From NCBI GenBank assembly GCA_964606645.1, contig CAZSIZ010000003.1, positions 1 through 53,553 of the forward strand: a DNA stretch of 53,553 nucleotides. Reading direction: 5' to 3'. A model generated the notes under the pieces. The model was not told the DNA's origin. It worked only from the letters and a program-made list of their open reading frames with translations, and searched no databases. How positions within the stretch are numbered: the first letter of the stretch is position 1; each line of letters opens with the position of its first letter. This DNA comes from an uncultured bacterium (GTDB lineage Bacteria > Hinthialibacterota > Hinthialibacteria > Hinthialibacterales > Hinthialibacteraceae). This document shows positions 1 through 10,640 of the stretch, piece after piece. Made by a program: the position numbers and the translations under genes.

Positions 1-52
1 GCTTCGAGGTTTCCCACCTTAAATCACTGTCCGAATTTTGGGGTACATTATA
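1..52 (-). mobile_element. IS end (probable IS3/IS150-type terminal inverted repeat), element continues beyond the window
   Basis: 1-52 is the exact reverse complement of 53502-53553; reads TATAATGTACCCCAAAATTCGGACA..., resembling IS150-group IRs (TGnnnTGnACCCCAAAAnTnGGACA); no transposase in the window. Confidence 0.65.
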
Positions 53-360
53 GAACCTATGAAAAACGAAGTGCCGCGAACCTGCAAAGGTGGCAAAGAT
101 ACTCCGCCGCCATTGAGAACTAATTTTGAACTAGTTTCGGGCAAAAAGAGTTTTCTTCCGGTGTCGTGCAAGGATTAAATAACAGGGCGAACCAAAATAG
201 TGTATGGTTTTCGGACGTCCCAAGCGCTGGTAATCGCCTTATATCATCCACTTGAAAATTCACCCTAACCTAAATTTACCAACAGTTTTTCTTGATGAGG
301 CACTTTACTATTTAATCCACATTAATAAAGATAAAAAAAAGATTAGGAGAGATTGTTCCG

Positions 361-1233
361 ATGACAAAGCAAAGAAATTTCGCAATATTGATTCTGATTG
401 TGCTGGCAACGTTTGCTTTAAATACCAACGCCCAAGTGGAGGCACTCGAAGGAAACTGGATCACCGATGCCGGGATCGAAGGCGTGGAGTACGGCGTGCT
501 TAAAATCGATAGCAAAGGAAACGTCAGTGGTTCGGAAACCCATACCTACACCATCGATGGAACCGACACTATTTTCGATGTCGAGCACACAGGCAAAATA
601 ACCGTTAATGAAGACGATCAATACGTGTACGCAGGAATTGGAATCGGCACGGCTAGGGACTCGAATGGAACGATTCGCGTACGTCTGCAAGTAGCCGGTT
701 CGGGCATGGTTTCGGTAGATGATAATATGCTGGCCGGATTTTGGGTGAGTGTCGAAACGTATATAACACCGGATGGAGAGATTCATAGCGAAGGTGGATA
801 TCCGATGACTCTCATCCGCGAAGGATACGATCCCGGCACACCCGGTGAAGCAATCGCCGGAACGTGGAAAATTTCGATCCAAGGCGAAAACCTGGGGTGG
901 ACGGGAGAAGTGACTCTGAATCCCGATGGAACGATGGCCGGTGAGTATACCTCCGATGCCAATCTGCCTTCCGTGCCCTTATCCGGATTCTTCTCATATT
1001 CGGAAGATCATCATTTCGAGTGCACCTACACGACAACGACTGAACTACCGACAGTAGGAGAAACGACGTTTACCCTCTCCTGCGAAGGACAAGGCAATGA
1101 AGACAACACGTACATCACCGGCACGTGGTCGTTTGAGGTCGATGTGACTGACTTTCTGTCAATGACGTTCGATGGAACGTTCGATCTGACTAAAATCGAA
1201 GAAACCGGAATCCACGATTGGAATTTGTATTGA
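361..1233 (+). CDS. Secreted acidic beta-rich protein, two repeated domains, C-terminal TGIHDWNLY motif
   Basis: AGGAG RBS; Sec signal peptide ending TNA-Q; repeated xxGxW...G.L.I...G.V.G units. Confidence 0.85.
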   Translation: MTKQRNFAILILIVLATFALNTNAQVEALEGNWITDAGIEGVEYGVLKIDSKGNVSGSETHTYTIDGTDTIFDVEHTGKITVNEDDQYVYAGIGIGTARDSNGTIRVRLQVAGSGMVSVDDNMLAGFWVSVETYITPDGEIHSEGGYPMTLIREGYDPGTPGEAIAGTWKISIQGENLGWTGEVTLNPDGTMAGEYTSDANLPSVPLSGFFSYSEDHHFECTYTTTTELPTVGETTFTLSCEGQGNEDNTYITGTWSFEVDVTDFLSMTFDGTFDLTKIEETGIHDWNLY

Positions 1234-1365
1234 CCGACGGCCGGTCTAAATTTTCTTGTTCGATCGATCGTTCGGCATCCATATAGGAAATACGAATCGG
1301 GATGCTATAATCGAAAAAATCGTTGTTGGATATCAACACACACTCGAAAAGAAAGTTGCGATCAG

Positions 1366-2352
1366 ATGAAACGAACCATCCTACTATTCAGTCTCGCTTT
1401 TTGGGGAGTAACCGTTTTCGCCGCCGACGACCTCTGGGTGAAATACCAGGGCGAAAAAGGTCCGGGTAAAGGCAAGCATATCGTTATCGTCACTGGAGAC
1501 GATGAATACCGCTCCGAGGAATCCATGCCGCAGCTCGCGAAAATCCTGGCGAAACGGCACGGTTTCGATTGCACGGTTCTCTTCGCCATCGATCCCGAAA
1601 ACGGAACCATCAAGCCCAACCACCAAACCAACATTCCCGGTTTGGAAACCTTGAAAACCGCCGATCTGATGATCCTCTTCACCCGGTTCCGGGACCTGCC
1701 GGAGAACCAGATGAAACTCATCATCGATTACACCGATTCCGGGAAACCGATTATGGGATTGCGCACTGCCACCCACGCCTTTCGCGTTCAAAATAAGGAG
1801 AGCCTTTACGTGAAATACGACTTCCGTCACAAGAAATTCAAAGGCGGGTACGGACGACAGGTGCTGGGCGAGACCTGGATCAACCATTACGGCCACCATC
1901 AAAAAGAGAGTACTCGCGGATTGATCGTCAAGGGGATGGAAAAGCATCCCATCGTCAAAGGGTGTGAGGATATCTGGGGGCCGTCGGATGTCTACGGAAT
2001 CACAACCCTCCAAGGCGATTGCCAACCCATCGTCATGGGGCAGGTGCTCAAGGGCATGAAGCCGAACGATCCGCCCAATCCCGATAAGAAACTCGTTCCC
2101 GTCGCCTGGCTCAAAACGTATACCGGCTCGAAGGGGAAAACCTCGCAAATCTTCACGACCACGATGGGTCATTCAGGCGACCTGAAGAGCGAAGGTTTCC
2201 GCCGTCTTCTTATCAACGCATCCTATTGGCTGTTAGGGATGGAGAAGCAAATTCCCGCGCGGGCGGCGGCCGGTCAAGTGGGAACGTATAATCCCGGTCC
2301 CATCGGTTTCGACAAACATAAGGTTGGAGTTAAACCGTCGGATCACCGGTAG
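1366..2352 (+). CDS. Secreted ThuA-like (class I GATase-like fold) domain protein
   Basis: Signal peptide VFA-A; GDDEYRSEE, GLRTATHAF and TTMGH motifs typical of ThuA-like proteins. Confidence 0.8.
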   Translation: MKRTILLFSLAFWGVTVFAADDLWVKYQGEKGPGKGKHIVIVTGDDEYRSEESMPQLAKILAKRHGFDCTVLFAIDPENGTIKPNHQTNIPGLETLKTADLMILFTRFRDLPENQMKLIIDYTDSGKPIMGLRTATHAFRVQNKESLYVKYDFRHKKFKGGYGRQVLGETWINHYGHHQKESTRGLIVKGMEKHPIVKGCEDIWGPSDVYGITTLQGDCQPIVMGQVLKGMKPNDPPNPDKKLVPVAWLKTYTGSKGKTSQIFTTTMGHSGDLKSEGFRRLLINASYWLLGMEKQIPARAAAGQVGTYNPGPIGFDKHKVGVKPSDHR

Positions 2353-2594
2353 TCGATTCTTAACATAACACGGATTTTTCCGTGCCCTTCGCCGTTCTTC
2401 ACACTAGGCCGGGATGGTAATCCCGGTTTATCGCGATTCAGACATGAAAGTTCATTGCTTGTTTTCCGAGCGAAGGTCTCGAAGCATACGAATCACATCG
2501 CGCCCCCCGAAGGTAACGACCCAGACACTCATAAACGCGAAAACGGTAACGCTGGTAAAAAAGACGTATTTCCAAATCGATATCCAAACATCCA

Positions 2595-4199
2595 TTATAA
2601 GACCTCCTGTGTATTTTCCGGTTTGGGTGGATCCGGCCAGAGCAACGATCCAAAAAACATGGCGAGAAGACTCAATACCAGAGTGAGTAAGCCGACAACT
2701 GGCGCGGTCAATTGAAAACCGATCGTACCCTCGATCGCTTCATAGTTCAGTAATTCCCTGATTTTGCTTAAGCCCAACAGGGCACTGAAACCGGAAAGCA
2801 GTGCGAGTGTCGCACCGGTCGAACTGGCGCGTTTCCAATACAGGCCGAAGGCGAGAACCGAGATCGCCCCCGTAAAGTAAATAGCCCCAGTGATGCCCAT
2901 GTATTCCCAGATATCGTCGGATCCTTCATACCACAATCCCCAGATCAGAATGTAAATTCCGATGGCCGTCATGATGCAGCGGATCAAGAGCAGTTTCCCT
3001 TTTTCCCCCAGCGGTTTTCTCTGGCGGATCGGGTTGATGATATCGAGCACGATGACCGAGGACCAGCAGAGAAGATAACTGTCGTGTGTCGACATAAACG
3101 CGGCAATCATCGCTGCCGTCACCAGACCCAGCAGACCGGCCGGGAGCGTATGCGAGAGAAAAATGGGCATGGCGTAGAGGTTGTCGAGAGGTTTCTCATC
3201 GCCGGTTGGAAAGAAAGCACTCTCGAAAACACCGCCGGACTTCATCACGAACACAAAAGCGGCGATCCCAAGAAAATAGGGAATCAGAAAGCGGATCAAA
3301 AAGGAGATGGAGGAGAAGAGGTATTGCCTTTTCACGACCCGGGTGCTTCGGGCGGACAATGCGCGCGTGACGGCGGTTGGCCACACAGCGCAACTGACCA
3401 ATCCCAATACGGCCTGCCAGCTCATATACGCCGGGCCGAATCCACTCCCTTCGATCGTGGGATTGAATCCCGGCTCGCCTTTATGCTGCCGAACCACTTC
3501 CACCATTTCGGTCCAACCGAGTTGATTCAGGCTTAAATAGACCACGACCAGAAGCCCCATCGATAAAACCGTGAACTGAACGTAATCGGCGATCACCACC
3601 GAGACCATGCCGCCCAGGATCGTGTAAAACAGAATCAGTACGATCAGCGAGATCATCACCAGCGTCAGCAATCCGCTGGCTGGATCGATCCCGGTTACGC
3701 CGATGATGAATTGCGATCCGACTTTCAGGAACAGCCCCATGTTCAGGATGCCCCCGAATGCCAACAGGGTTCCACCGAGTATCCGCACTCTTCTCCCGAA
3801 ACGGGCTTCGTAATATTCAGGGATAGTCATGACTTTCGTTCGGCGTAAAGGGACCACGATGAAGCCGGTCAGCCCGACGAAGAGTGTGACGACACCGGCG
3901 ATGACGGCGATGTGAAACGCGGCGAATCCGCCAGTAAATCCCTTTTGAGCCGAATACATCACGGTAATCAGACCCATCTCCGTGCCCGTCATGGTGGCGA
4001 CCGACAGGGCCGTTCCCAAATTACGTCCCGCGACGACATAGTCCGACGTGCCTTTGATGAACCGGCTTGCGAACAAGCCGATGAAGATCGAAAGGGAGAC
4101 GTAGCCGATCACGATAATCCAATCCAGTTCGGTAAAGTTTCCCCCGGAAAACACATTCTGAATGACTGTGGTAGATTCCACCAATTTCTCCTTTTCCAT
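2595..4199 (-). CDS. Sodium:solute symporter (SSS family)
   Basis: About 13 TM segments; DYVVAGR, TIPEYYEARFG, YTILGGM..V..AD..Q, AAFMST.DS motifs. Confidence 0.92.
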   Translation of the reverse strand: MEKEKLVESTTVIQNVFSGGNFTELDWIIVIGYVSLSIFIGLFASRFIKGTSDYVVAGRNLGTALSVATMTGTEMGLITVMYSAQKGFTGGFAAFHIAVIAGVVTLFVGLTGFIVVPLRRTKVMTIPEYYEARFGRRVRILGGTLLAFGGILNMGLFLKVGSQFIIGVTGIDPASGLLTLVMISLIVLILFYTILGGMVSVVIADYVQFTVLSMGLLVVVYLSLNQLGWTEMVEVVRQHKGEPGFNPTIEGSGFGPAYMSWQAVLGLVSCAVWPTAVTRALSARSTRVVKRQYLFSSISFLIRFLIPYFLGIAAFVFVMKSGGVFESAFFPTGDEKPLDNLYAMPIFLSHTLPAGLLGLVTAAMIAAFMSTHDSYLLCWSSVIVLDIINPIRQRKPLGEKGKLLLIRCIMTAIGIYILIWGLWYEGSDDIWEYMGITGAIYFTGAISVLAFGLYWKRASSTGATLALLSGFSALLGLSKIRELLNYEAIEGTIGFQLTAPVVGLLTLVLSLLAMFFGSLLWPDPPKPENTQEVL

Positions 4200-4849
4200 T
4201 AGGCTCGATCGAGTGGATGAGTTCCGTAAAGCATGAATTCATACTATAAACCTTTCGGGAATGGCTGTCTATTTGCGTGATTCTCTGAAATGAGTCCTAT
4301 AATGGTGTCTGAATAACTGGGGCCATCGGACGGATGTGTCATCGATTGCCCCTGATTATTCGGATGATGTGGATGGATCCAATGCTGGGGAAATATCCAC
4401 TTTGGGGTTGATCTGGAGAGAAAAGCGAATCAAAAAGAGTATGGAGTAAAATCCAAAATAATACAACGAAACGTTACATTAATTAATATACATAAAATGT
4501 CAAGATTTTTTAAAAATGATCTTGCAAATGAATGGTGATTGTGCTTTATTAATAAATAATTTATATTAAACTGTTTATAAATTAAAATTTCCTATTCTGC
4601 CGGAATGATTTCGAGATTGAATGAATTCTTTCGGTACGATATCTGTGTACGAAATCATTTTAAAATCAAGACCTAGTTTAAAACAGGCGATCCCTGAAAG
4701 GGCTTCGTTCGTTAAGTTGGGTGTTTGAGTGGAAACGGAACTATCGTATTCATCCAATAAGGCTATCATTTAATGGATACAAGCCGTTTCGGGAGAGTCT
4801 AAGGTCTCTATTCGGGATTTTTTAATTGAATACAGGAGATAGCGGAGAA

Positions 4850-7288
4850 ATGGACGAAATAAGTTCCTGGTTCAAGCAAAAACGCGAATTGCTTATCCTG
4901 TTGTCTCTGTTAATTTTTCTAGGCGTTTTTTCTGCGGTTTTATATCACACGAACACCGCAGCCGAGAGAAAGCACTTCCAAATACAGGACGAACATAAAA
5001 TCTATCTACAAGAAAAAAACATTAATACTGATTTGAAATCGATTGTCTCCGACGTATTGGTCTTAGGCGGCCATCATGAGATGCAAATGATGGTTATAAA
5101 ATTAAACTCCGAGAATCGTGACAATCTGACCGGTGAATTTTTCCGCTTCTGCCAAGACAAAAAACTTTACGATCAAGTTCGTTTTCTGGATAAAACCGGG
5201 ATGGAAATCATTCGTGTGAATTTCAATAACGGCGATCCAACGATTGTGCCCAAAGACCAACTGCAGTTAAAAGCCGACCGCTATTACTTCAGCGAAACGC
5301 TGGCGCTCGGTCCGACTGAGATATTCGTATCTCCTCTCGACTTGAATATTGAAAATGGTGAAATCGAATGGCCTCTGAAGCCGATGATTCGACTTGGATT
5401 ACCGATTTTCGACGGACAAGGTCAAAAACGGGGAGTGATCATTCTCAACTATCTCGCTGAGATTCTACTGAATGATTTTGATGAAATTTTACACGACGAC
5501 TTTGGAGAAAACATTCTCTTGAATTCGGATGGATACTTTCTCAAGGCTCCCCAATCCGAACTGGAATGGGGATTCATGTTTGAAGAAAGAAAAGATAGGA
5601 TGTTCGGGCATATTTACCCCGATGAATGGGAACAGATTTCCAGCAATCAGCAGGGACAGTTCGTTACTGCCAATGGCCAGTTCACATTCAAGACACTTTA
5701 TCTTCCCCAGGGAAAACAGAACATGCCCACGTCCTCAAGGAGCCAATCCCTCTTTTCAGAACCTGAAACGCCTGGATCGTATTGGAAGATCGTGTCCCGT
5801 CTCTCTCCCATGAAACTCAATGAGAACGCACGGCGATTTTTTTATCATCTCATTCTGGTCGATTGTGTATTGGGATTCTTGGCTTGCGCTGTTTGTTTTG
5901 CGATGACGCGCATGCGCCAGAAACGTGAATTCATGGATCAAGAAATGCGAAAACTCTCCCAGGCGGTCGAGCAGAGTCCGGCCTCGGTGATTATCACGGA
6001 TCTGGATGGAACGATTACTTATGTCAATCCCAAATTCACCGAGATTTCCGGATACAGTGCCGATGAAGCCATTGGTCAAAATCCAAAAATACTGAAAAGC
6101 GGGTATGCATCTTCGGAAGAGTATAAAGAGTTATGGAAAACCATCACTGCCGGTCATGAATGGCGGGGAGAGTTTAAAAACAAAAAAAAGAATGGGGAAC
6201 TCCATTGGGAATCAGTGTCCATATCTCCCATTTTATCATCCCGAGGTGATATTTCTCACTTCATCGGTGTGCAGGAAGACATCACCGAACGCAAGCAGGC
6301 GGAGGAAAGACTGAATGCGAATCTAAAGGAACTTGCTGAATCGCGGAAGACCGCACTCAAGTTGATGGAAGAGGAGAATAAATCCAGAAAATTCGCCGAA
6401 GAGGCGGCGGAAAAGTTAAAGAAGGCTCGTGACGAGTTGGAAACCCGAGTTAAAGAACGCACAGCCGAACTTTTTCGTACCAATGAAGAACTTGAGGAAG
6501 AGATTAAAGAACATAGACACGCGGAAGAAGAGATTCTCCGGCTGAATGTCACTCTCGAAAAGCGGGTGCTTGAACGGACCACTCAACTCCAAGCGGCCAA
6601 TAAGGAACTGGAATCTTTTTCCTATTCGGTTTCGCACGATCTTCGAACCCCTCTCCGGGCCGTATCCGGCTACAGTAGAATTCTACTTGAGGATTACGGC
6701 GACCGCCTGGATGAAGAGGGGCGGAACTGTCTCGATCGCATCCAGACCGGGGGGAATCGAATGGCGGAGATGATTGACGCTCTGCTGGATCTATCGCGAA
6801 TGTCTCGCCTCGATTTACAACGTAATACTGTCGAACTTAGTGTGCTGGCCAAAGAGATTGCAGAGGAAATTCAAGCGGGCCACCCCGACCGTCATGTCAA
6901 CTTTGTGAATGAGCCGGACCTGACCGCTGAGGGCGATAAAAATTTGCTTCGCCAAGTACTGCAGAATCTCTTAACGAACGCGTGGAAATTCACCCACAAG
7001 CGTGGCCAGGCCAAAATTGAATTTGGCATGACAGAGTACGAGGGCGCACCGGCCTATTACGTGCGGGACAACGGTATTGGATTCGATATGGCTTATGTGG
7101 ATAAACTGTTTGGGGTCTTCCAGCGGCTGCACGGTCCCGATGAATTCGAGGGAACCGGAATCGGTTTAGCAAACGTTCAGCGAATTATCCACCTTCACGG
7201 CGGCCGTGTGTGGGCCGAAGGCGAGGTGGATCAAGGTGCCATTTTTTATTTTACACTTGGAGGAAATGGAGAGAACGTTTCATCCTGA
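4850..7288 (+). CDS. Membrane sensor histidine kinase (TM-Cache-TM-PAS-coiled coil-HisKA-HATPase)
   Basis: ATG 4850 after GGAG; PAS (ITYVNPKFTEISGYS), H-box SYSVSHDLRTPL, N/G boxes NLLTNAWKF, DNGIGF, GTGIGL. Confidence 0.92.
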   Translation: MDEISSWFKQKRELLILLSLLIFLGVFSAVLYHTNTAAERKHFQIQDEHKIYLQEKNINTDLKSIVSDVLVLGGHHEMQMMVIKLNSENRDNLTGEFFRFCQDKKLYDQVRFLDKTGMEIIRVNFNNGDPTIVPKDQLQLKADRYYFSETLALGPTEIFVSPLDLNIENGEIEWPLKPMIRLGLPIFDGQGQKRGVIILNYLAEILLNDFDEILHDDFGENILLNSDGYFLKAPQSELEWGFMFEERKDRMFGHIYPDEWEQISSNQQGQFVTANGQFTFKTLYLPQGKQNMPTSSRSQSLFSEPETPGSYWKIVSRLSPMKLNENARRFFYHLILVDCVLGFLACAVCFAMTRMRQKREFMDQEMRKLSQAVEQSPASVIITDLDGTITYVNPKFTEISGYSADEAIGQNPKILKSGYASSEEYKELWKTITAGHEWRGEFKNKKKNGELHWESVSISPILSSRGDISHFIGVQEDITERKQAEERLNANLKELAESRKTALKLMEEENKSRKFAEEAAEKLKKARDELETRVKERTAELFRTNEELEEEIKEHRHAEEEILRLNVTLEKRVLERTTQLQAANKELESFSYSVSHDLRTPLRAVSGYSRILLEDYGDRLDEEGRNCLDRIQTGGNRMAEMIDALLDLSRMSRLDLQRNTVELSVLAKEIAEEIQAGHPDRHVNFVNEPDLTAEGDKNLLRQVLQNLLTNAWKFTHKRGQAKIEFGMTEYEGAPAYYVRDNGIGFDMAYVDKLFGVFQRLHGPDEFEGTGIGLANVQRIIHLHGGRVWAEGEVDQGAIFYFTLGGNGENVSS

Positions 7289-7466
7289 TAGCGGCCGTTG
7301 ACCGTGTACAAGCAATACGAAAAACCAAAACGCCAAACCTGAAAATTCAACCACATCCAATCAACAATTCCAAAAATCATATCAATCAGATCGGGTACAT
7401 TTCGTCCTCATTTCACCTTTTGCCAATCGTATACCCACGTGTATGCAAATATCGCCTCAATCTTGG

Positions 7467-7494
7467 CCGACAACTGAAAACCGACAACTGAAAA
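7467..7494. repeat. Tandem 14-bp direct repeat CCGACAACTGAAAA x2 (heptamer-based)
   Basis: Directly visible; related to (CAGTTTT)n at 31149-31173 on the opposite strand. Confidence 0.8.
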
Positions 7495-7641
7495 ACTAGT
7501 CATCATAGTGTTAGAATCACTCTTGTTCACATCGGACTAACGAGCTATAGTCGATTGAGAGCAGACCGGAGTAGTTGCAAGGTCAATCTTGCTATTTTCA
7601 CTTCTTGATTCAAAAAGATTCGCACTCTCCGAGGGATATCG

Positions 7642-8868
7642 ATGGCCTCGATCGTAAAAATGCCGAAAATGAGCGACACGATGACGGAAGGCCTGATCGT
7701 TTCCTGGCTCAAACAGGAAGGGGATACGGTCGAATCCGGAGAGATCATCGCCGAATTGGAAACCGATAAAGCCGTCCTGGAATTGGACTCATCCGATCGC
7801 GGTGTCTTGCTGAAAATCCTGGTCGAAGCCAACCGAACGGTTCCTCTGGGTAAGCCGCTCGCGATTATCGGCGAACGAAATGAAAATATCAACGATCTAC
7901 TATTACAAATACAGGAAACGACGAGTGAATTGTCACCCGAACGTCTAGGTCCGGCTCTCCAAACAGCCGCTGTTTCTACGGCCATACAATCAGAAACAGA
8001 CGAATCTGCCCAAATACGAGTTTCCCCAGTCGTTCGCCGCCTGGCTGACGAACATCGAATCGATCTCGGCACGGTCCGGGGATCGGGGCCGGGGGGGCGC
8101 ATTATCAAACGGGATATCGAAACCTTCCTCGAAAATCCACCCGACCGAACTCAAACGCCCCCGCCTTCGGAAGACCGATTCCCGCATAACGACATCCCTC
8201 TTTCTCCGTTTCGATTGACTGCGATCCGGCGGTTGTCGCAAAGTTTGGGGCCGGTCCCTCATTTCTATTTGGAAACCGATGTGAACGCCGAAGCCATGCT
8301 TACCATGAAAGCCGATCTTCGTGCTTCCATTAAAAATTCGCGAATCACCCTGACAGACCTTCTCATCAAAGCCTGCGCCATCGCTTTGGAGCGCCATCCG
8401 GAAGTGAACAGCCGCTTGATGGAAAACGCGATACGGCAATACCAAACGGTCAATATCGGGATGGCGGTATCGGTTGGGGACGATTTATGGGTTCCCGTTA
8501 TCCAGATGTGTGAAAAGAAATCGATCGCGCAAATCGCCGAAGAACGTTCTGCGCTCGTTCAAAAAGCGCAGCAGGGAACACTGACCTTGGAGGAAATGAG
8601 CGGCGGCACGTTTACGATCAGTAATTTGGGAATGTTTGGAATTACACGATTTCGCGCAGTCATCAATCCACCGCAAGCCGCCATCTTAGCAGTGGGCTGT
8701 ATTCGGGACGAACCGATAGTCGAAAACGGTGCGGTCGTTCCCGGAAAACGGATGGCCCTCGATCTATCCTGCGATCACCGCGCGTTCAACGGAACGGACG
8801 GAGCACGCTTTCTCGACACACTGAAAACGCTTTTAGAGAATCCGCAGCCCCTCGCTTCGGATCGTTAA
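7642..8868 (+). CDS. Dihydrolipoamide acyltransferase (E2) of a 2-oxoacid/acetoin dehydrogenase-type complex
   Basis: Lipoyl domain ETDKA, E3-binding GSGPGGRI, catalytic TFTISNLG and DHRAFNG. Confidence 0.93.
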   Translation: MASIVKMPKMSDTMTEGLIVSWLKQEGDTVESGEIIAELETDKAVLELDSSDRGVLLKILVEANRTVPLGKPLAIIGERNENINDLLLQIQETTSELSPERLGPALQTAAVSTAIQSETDESAQIRVSPVVRRLADEHRIDLGTVRGSGPGGRIIKRDIETFLENPPDRTQTPPPSEDRFPHNDIPLSPFRLTAIRRLSQSLGPVPHFYLETDVNAEAMLTMKADLRASIKNSRITLTDLLIKACAIALERHPEVNSRLMENAIRQYQTVNIGMAVSVGDDLWVPVIQMCEKKSIAQIAEERSALVQKAQQGTLTLEEMSGGTFTISNLGMFGITRFRAVINPPQAAILAVGCIRDEPIVENGAVVPGKRMALDLSCDHRAFNGTDGARFLDTLKTLLENPQPLASDR

Positions 8869-8929
8869 CAGATATATGTAATATTACGAATACCATATTT
8901 CCGATTGGGTCTCTCAAACGTCAAGGTGC

Positions 8930-9928
8930 TTATTTCACGTTCATGATACAGTCGCGGGTTAGAACGGCCATTTCCGGGCCGTTGGTTCCGGTCTCCCGCA
9001 ATTCCCGCGCGCCTCGTTCGTTCATCAAGTCCACCGCCTGTTTGGAGAGGTAGAGGTTGTCTCTGGAGAGTTCGATGAACTTTTTCGGGTCGTCCCGATA
9101 GGGAAACAGGTCCAGGCCGAACCAACCGTTGTAATCGATCTCATCCAGGATGTACATCACCGAAACCAAGCGGATAAAATTAACCGTTCCGGGGGGAAGA
9201 TCGGCGTCGCATTGTTGATCGTTGTCGTTGAAGTGGGTGTGGTAGAGTTTGTGGTAACGGCAGATCAACGCCAGCTGATCCTCCAGGTTTTCCGAAGCGA
9301 TCAGGCTGTGGCCGATGTCCAGGTTGATGCCGAAATTGGGATCGTCGATCTCGTTCACCAGGCATAACGCCTGAGCGGTGGTTCCCATGAGAATATGCGA
9401 ACGCGGCTCGAAGGGCTTCGGTTCGATACAGACTTTCGTTTGATAGCGGTTGGTGTGCAGATGTTCCATGATCAGCCGCACGCAGTCCGCATAGCGCTCG
9501 TACAGATCGAGGTAGTTCGTCTGCAAAGGAAAATCGTTACCGTCCGTCGCGGGCCAGAGCACGCTGATGGGCACGTTGAAGCGGGCGCCCATATCCAGCG
9601 CCGCCTTGACTCGCTCTACCGCTTTGGCCCGAACCTTCGGGTCCGAATCGGCCAGTGCCCCGAATTTGTAGTGCTTTTCCGTCCAGGTATGACCGCAGAG
9701 CTGCACGATCCGGAGGTTGTTGTCATTCAGCACCTTTTCGATTTCACCCGCGTTCGATTCGTCGATTTCCGTCGGCAGGTGAAGTTCGATCCCGTCGATT
9801 CCGTCGATCCCCCCCACCTCCTCGATCCGGTCGATCACGGGAACCGCTGTCCCGAATCCGTTCACGTTGAAGCGGTCGACCAGGTTCGTGTTGCCCCAGA
9901 TTCCCATCGATATTTTCATCTTGTCCAC
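8930..9928 (-). CDS. Xylose/rhamnose-isomerase-like TIM-barrel sugar isomerase
   Basis: IEPKPFEPR, DIGH, HFNDN, DADL, LD metal-ligand pattern; GTG at 9928 follows GGAGGAG (alternative starts 9958, 9919). Confidence 0.85.
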   Translation of the reverse strand: MDKMKISMGIWGNTNLVDRFNVNGFGTAVPVIDRIEEVGGIDGIDGIELHLPTEIDESNAGEIEKVLNDNNLRIVQLCGHTWTEKHYKFGALADSDPKVRAKAVERVKAALDMGARFNVPISVLWPATDGNDFPLQTNYLDLYERYADCVRLIMEHLHTNRYQTKVCIEPKPFEPRSHILMGTTAQALCLVNEIDDPNFGINLDIGHSLIASENLEDQLALICRYHKLYHTHFNDNDQQCDADLPPGTVNFIRLVSVMYILDEIDYNGWFGLDLFPYRDDPKKFIELSRDNLYLSKQAVDLMNERGARELRETGTNGPEMAVLTRDCIMNVK

Positions 9929-9957
9929 GATCTCTCCTCCATCCGTTTTTTTATCCA

Positions 9958-10608
9958 TCATTCCATCAGTACTTTCTTCCAATCGAGAATAAATTGTTCG
10001 ATCCCGGCGTCGGTCAATGGATGGTTGTACATTTGGAAGAATAAGCTGTCGGGAATCGTGGCGATATCGAGTCCGGCTCGCAGGCAGGTCAGTAGATGAT
10101 TCTGTGTCTTCACGCTTCCCGCGATGATTTCGCTCGAAAAGCCATAGTTGTGCTTGATCGTAACGGTGTCCACAACCAATACATCGCTTTCATGGGCGCA
10201 GGCGTCCAAGCGGCTCAGGACGATGCTGATGTACGACGCGCCCGCTTTCATGGCGAGAAGCGCCTGGGTCGGCGAAAAGATCATCGTCACATTCGTCTTT
10301 ACGTTTTTCTCACGTTCCAAAACGGGAACGGCTACCAGACCTTCGACAGTCATCGGAATTTTGATGACGATGTTGGGGGCCAAACGCGCGATGGATTGGG
10401 CTTCGGCAATCAGTTCCTCCGCCATATCCCCCACCGCTTCCACACTGACCGGCCCGGGAACGATGGCGCAGATTTCTTCGACGACGCGAAGAAACGGTCT
10501 CCCCGTTTTTGCGACGTGTGTCGGATTCGTCGTCACGCCGTCGATCAGTCCGGTCTCGCATCCTTTGCGAATGGCTTCCACATCGGCGGTATCCAGAAAA
10601 ATTTTCAT
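9958..10608 (-). CDS. Transaldolase/fructose-6-phosphate aldolase family protein (divergent active site)
   Basis: FLDTA, GVTTNP, Schiff-base VIKIP, NVT.IFS, HPLTDAGIEQF..DW. Confidence 0.92.
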   Translation of the reverse strand: MKIFLDTADVEAIRKGCETGLIDGVTTNPTHVAKTGRPFLRVVEEICAIVPGPVSVEAVGDMAEELIAEAQSIARLAPNIVIKIPMTVEGLVAVPVLEREKNVKTNVTMIFSPTQALLAMKAGASYISIVLSRLDACAHESDVLVVDTVTIKHNYGFSSEIIAGSVKTQNHLLTCLRAGLDIATIPDSLFFQMYNHPLTDAGIEQFILDWKKVLME

Positions 10609-10640
10609 CGATTCATCCACTCCCTGTCGTCTTTCGATTC

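Noticed and set aside
180-225. Possible c-di-GMP-I riboswitch (ACAGGGCGAACCA...)
   Set aside because: Only a hairpin; GAAA tetraloop and GACGCAAAGC core absent
4680-4820. Possible riboswitch upstream of the histidine kinase (CCCTGAAAGGG, GTCTAAGG)
   Set aside because: Fragments do not assemble into a known consensus; needs an Rfam scan
8770-8795. E2 DHRAFNG instead of DHRxxDG as a sign of inactivation
   Set aside because: Asn at this position is known in active E2 enzymes
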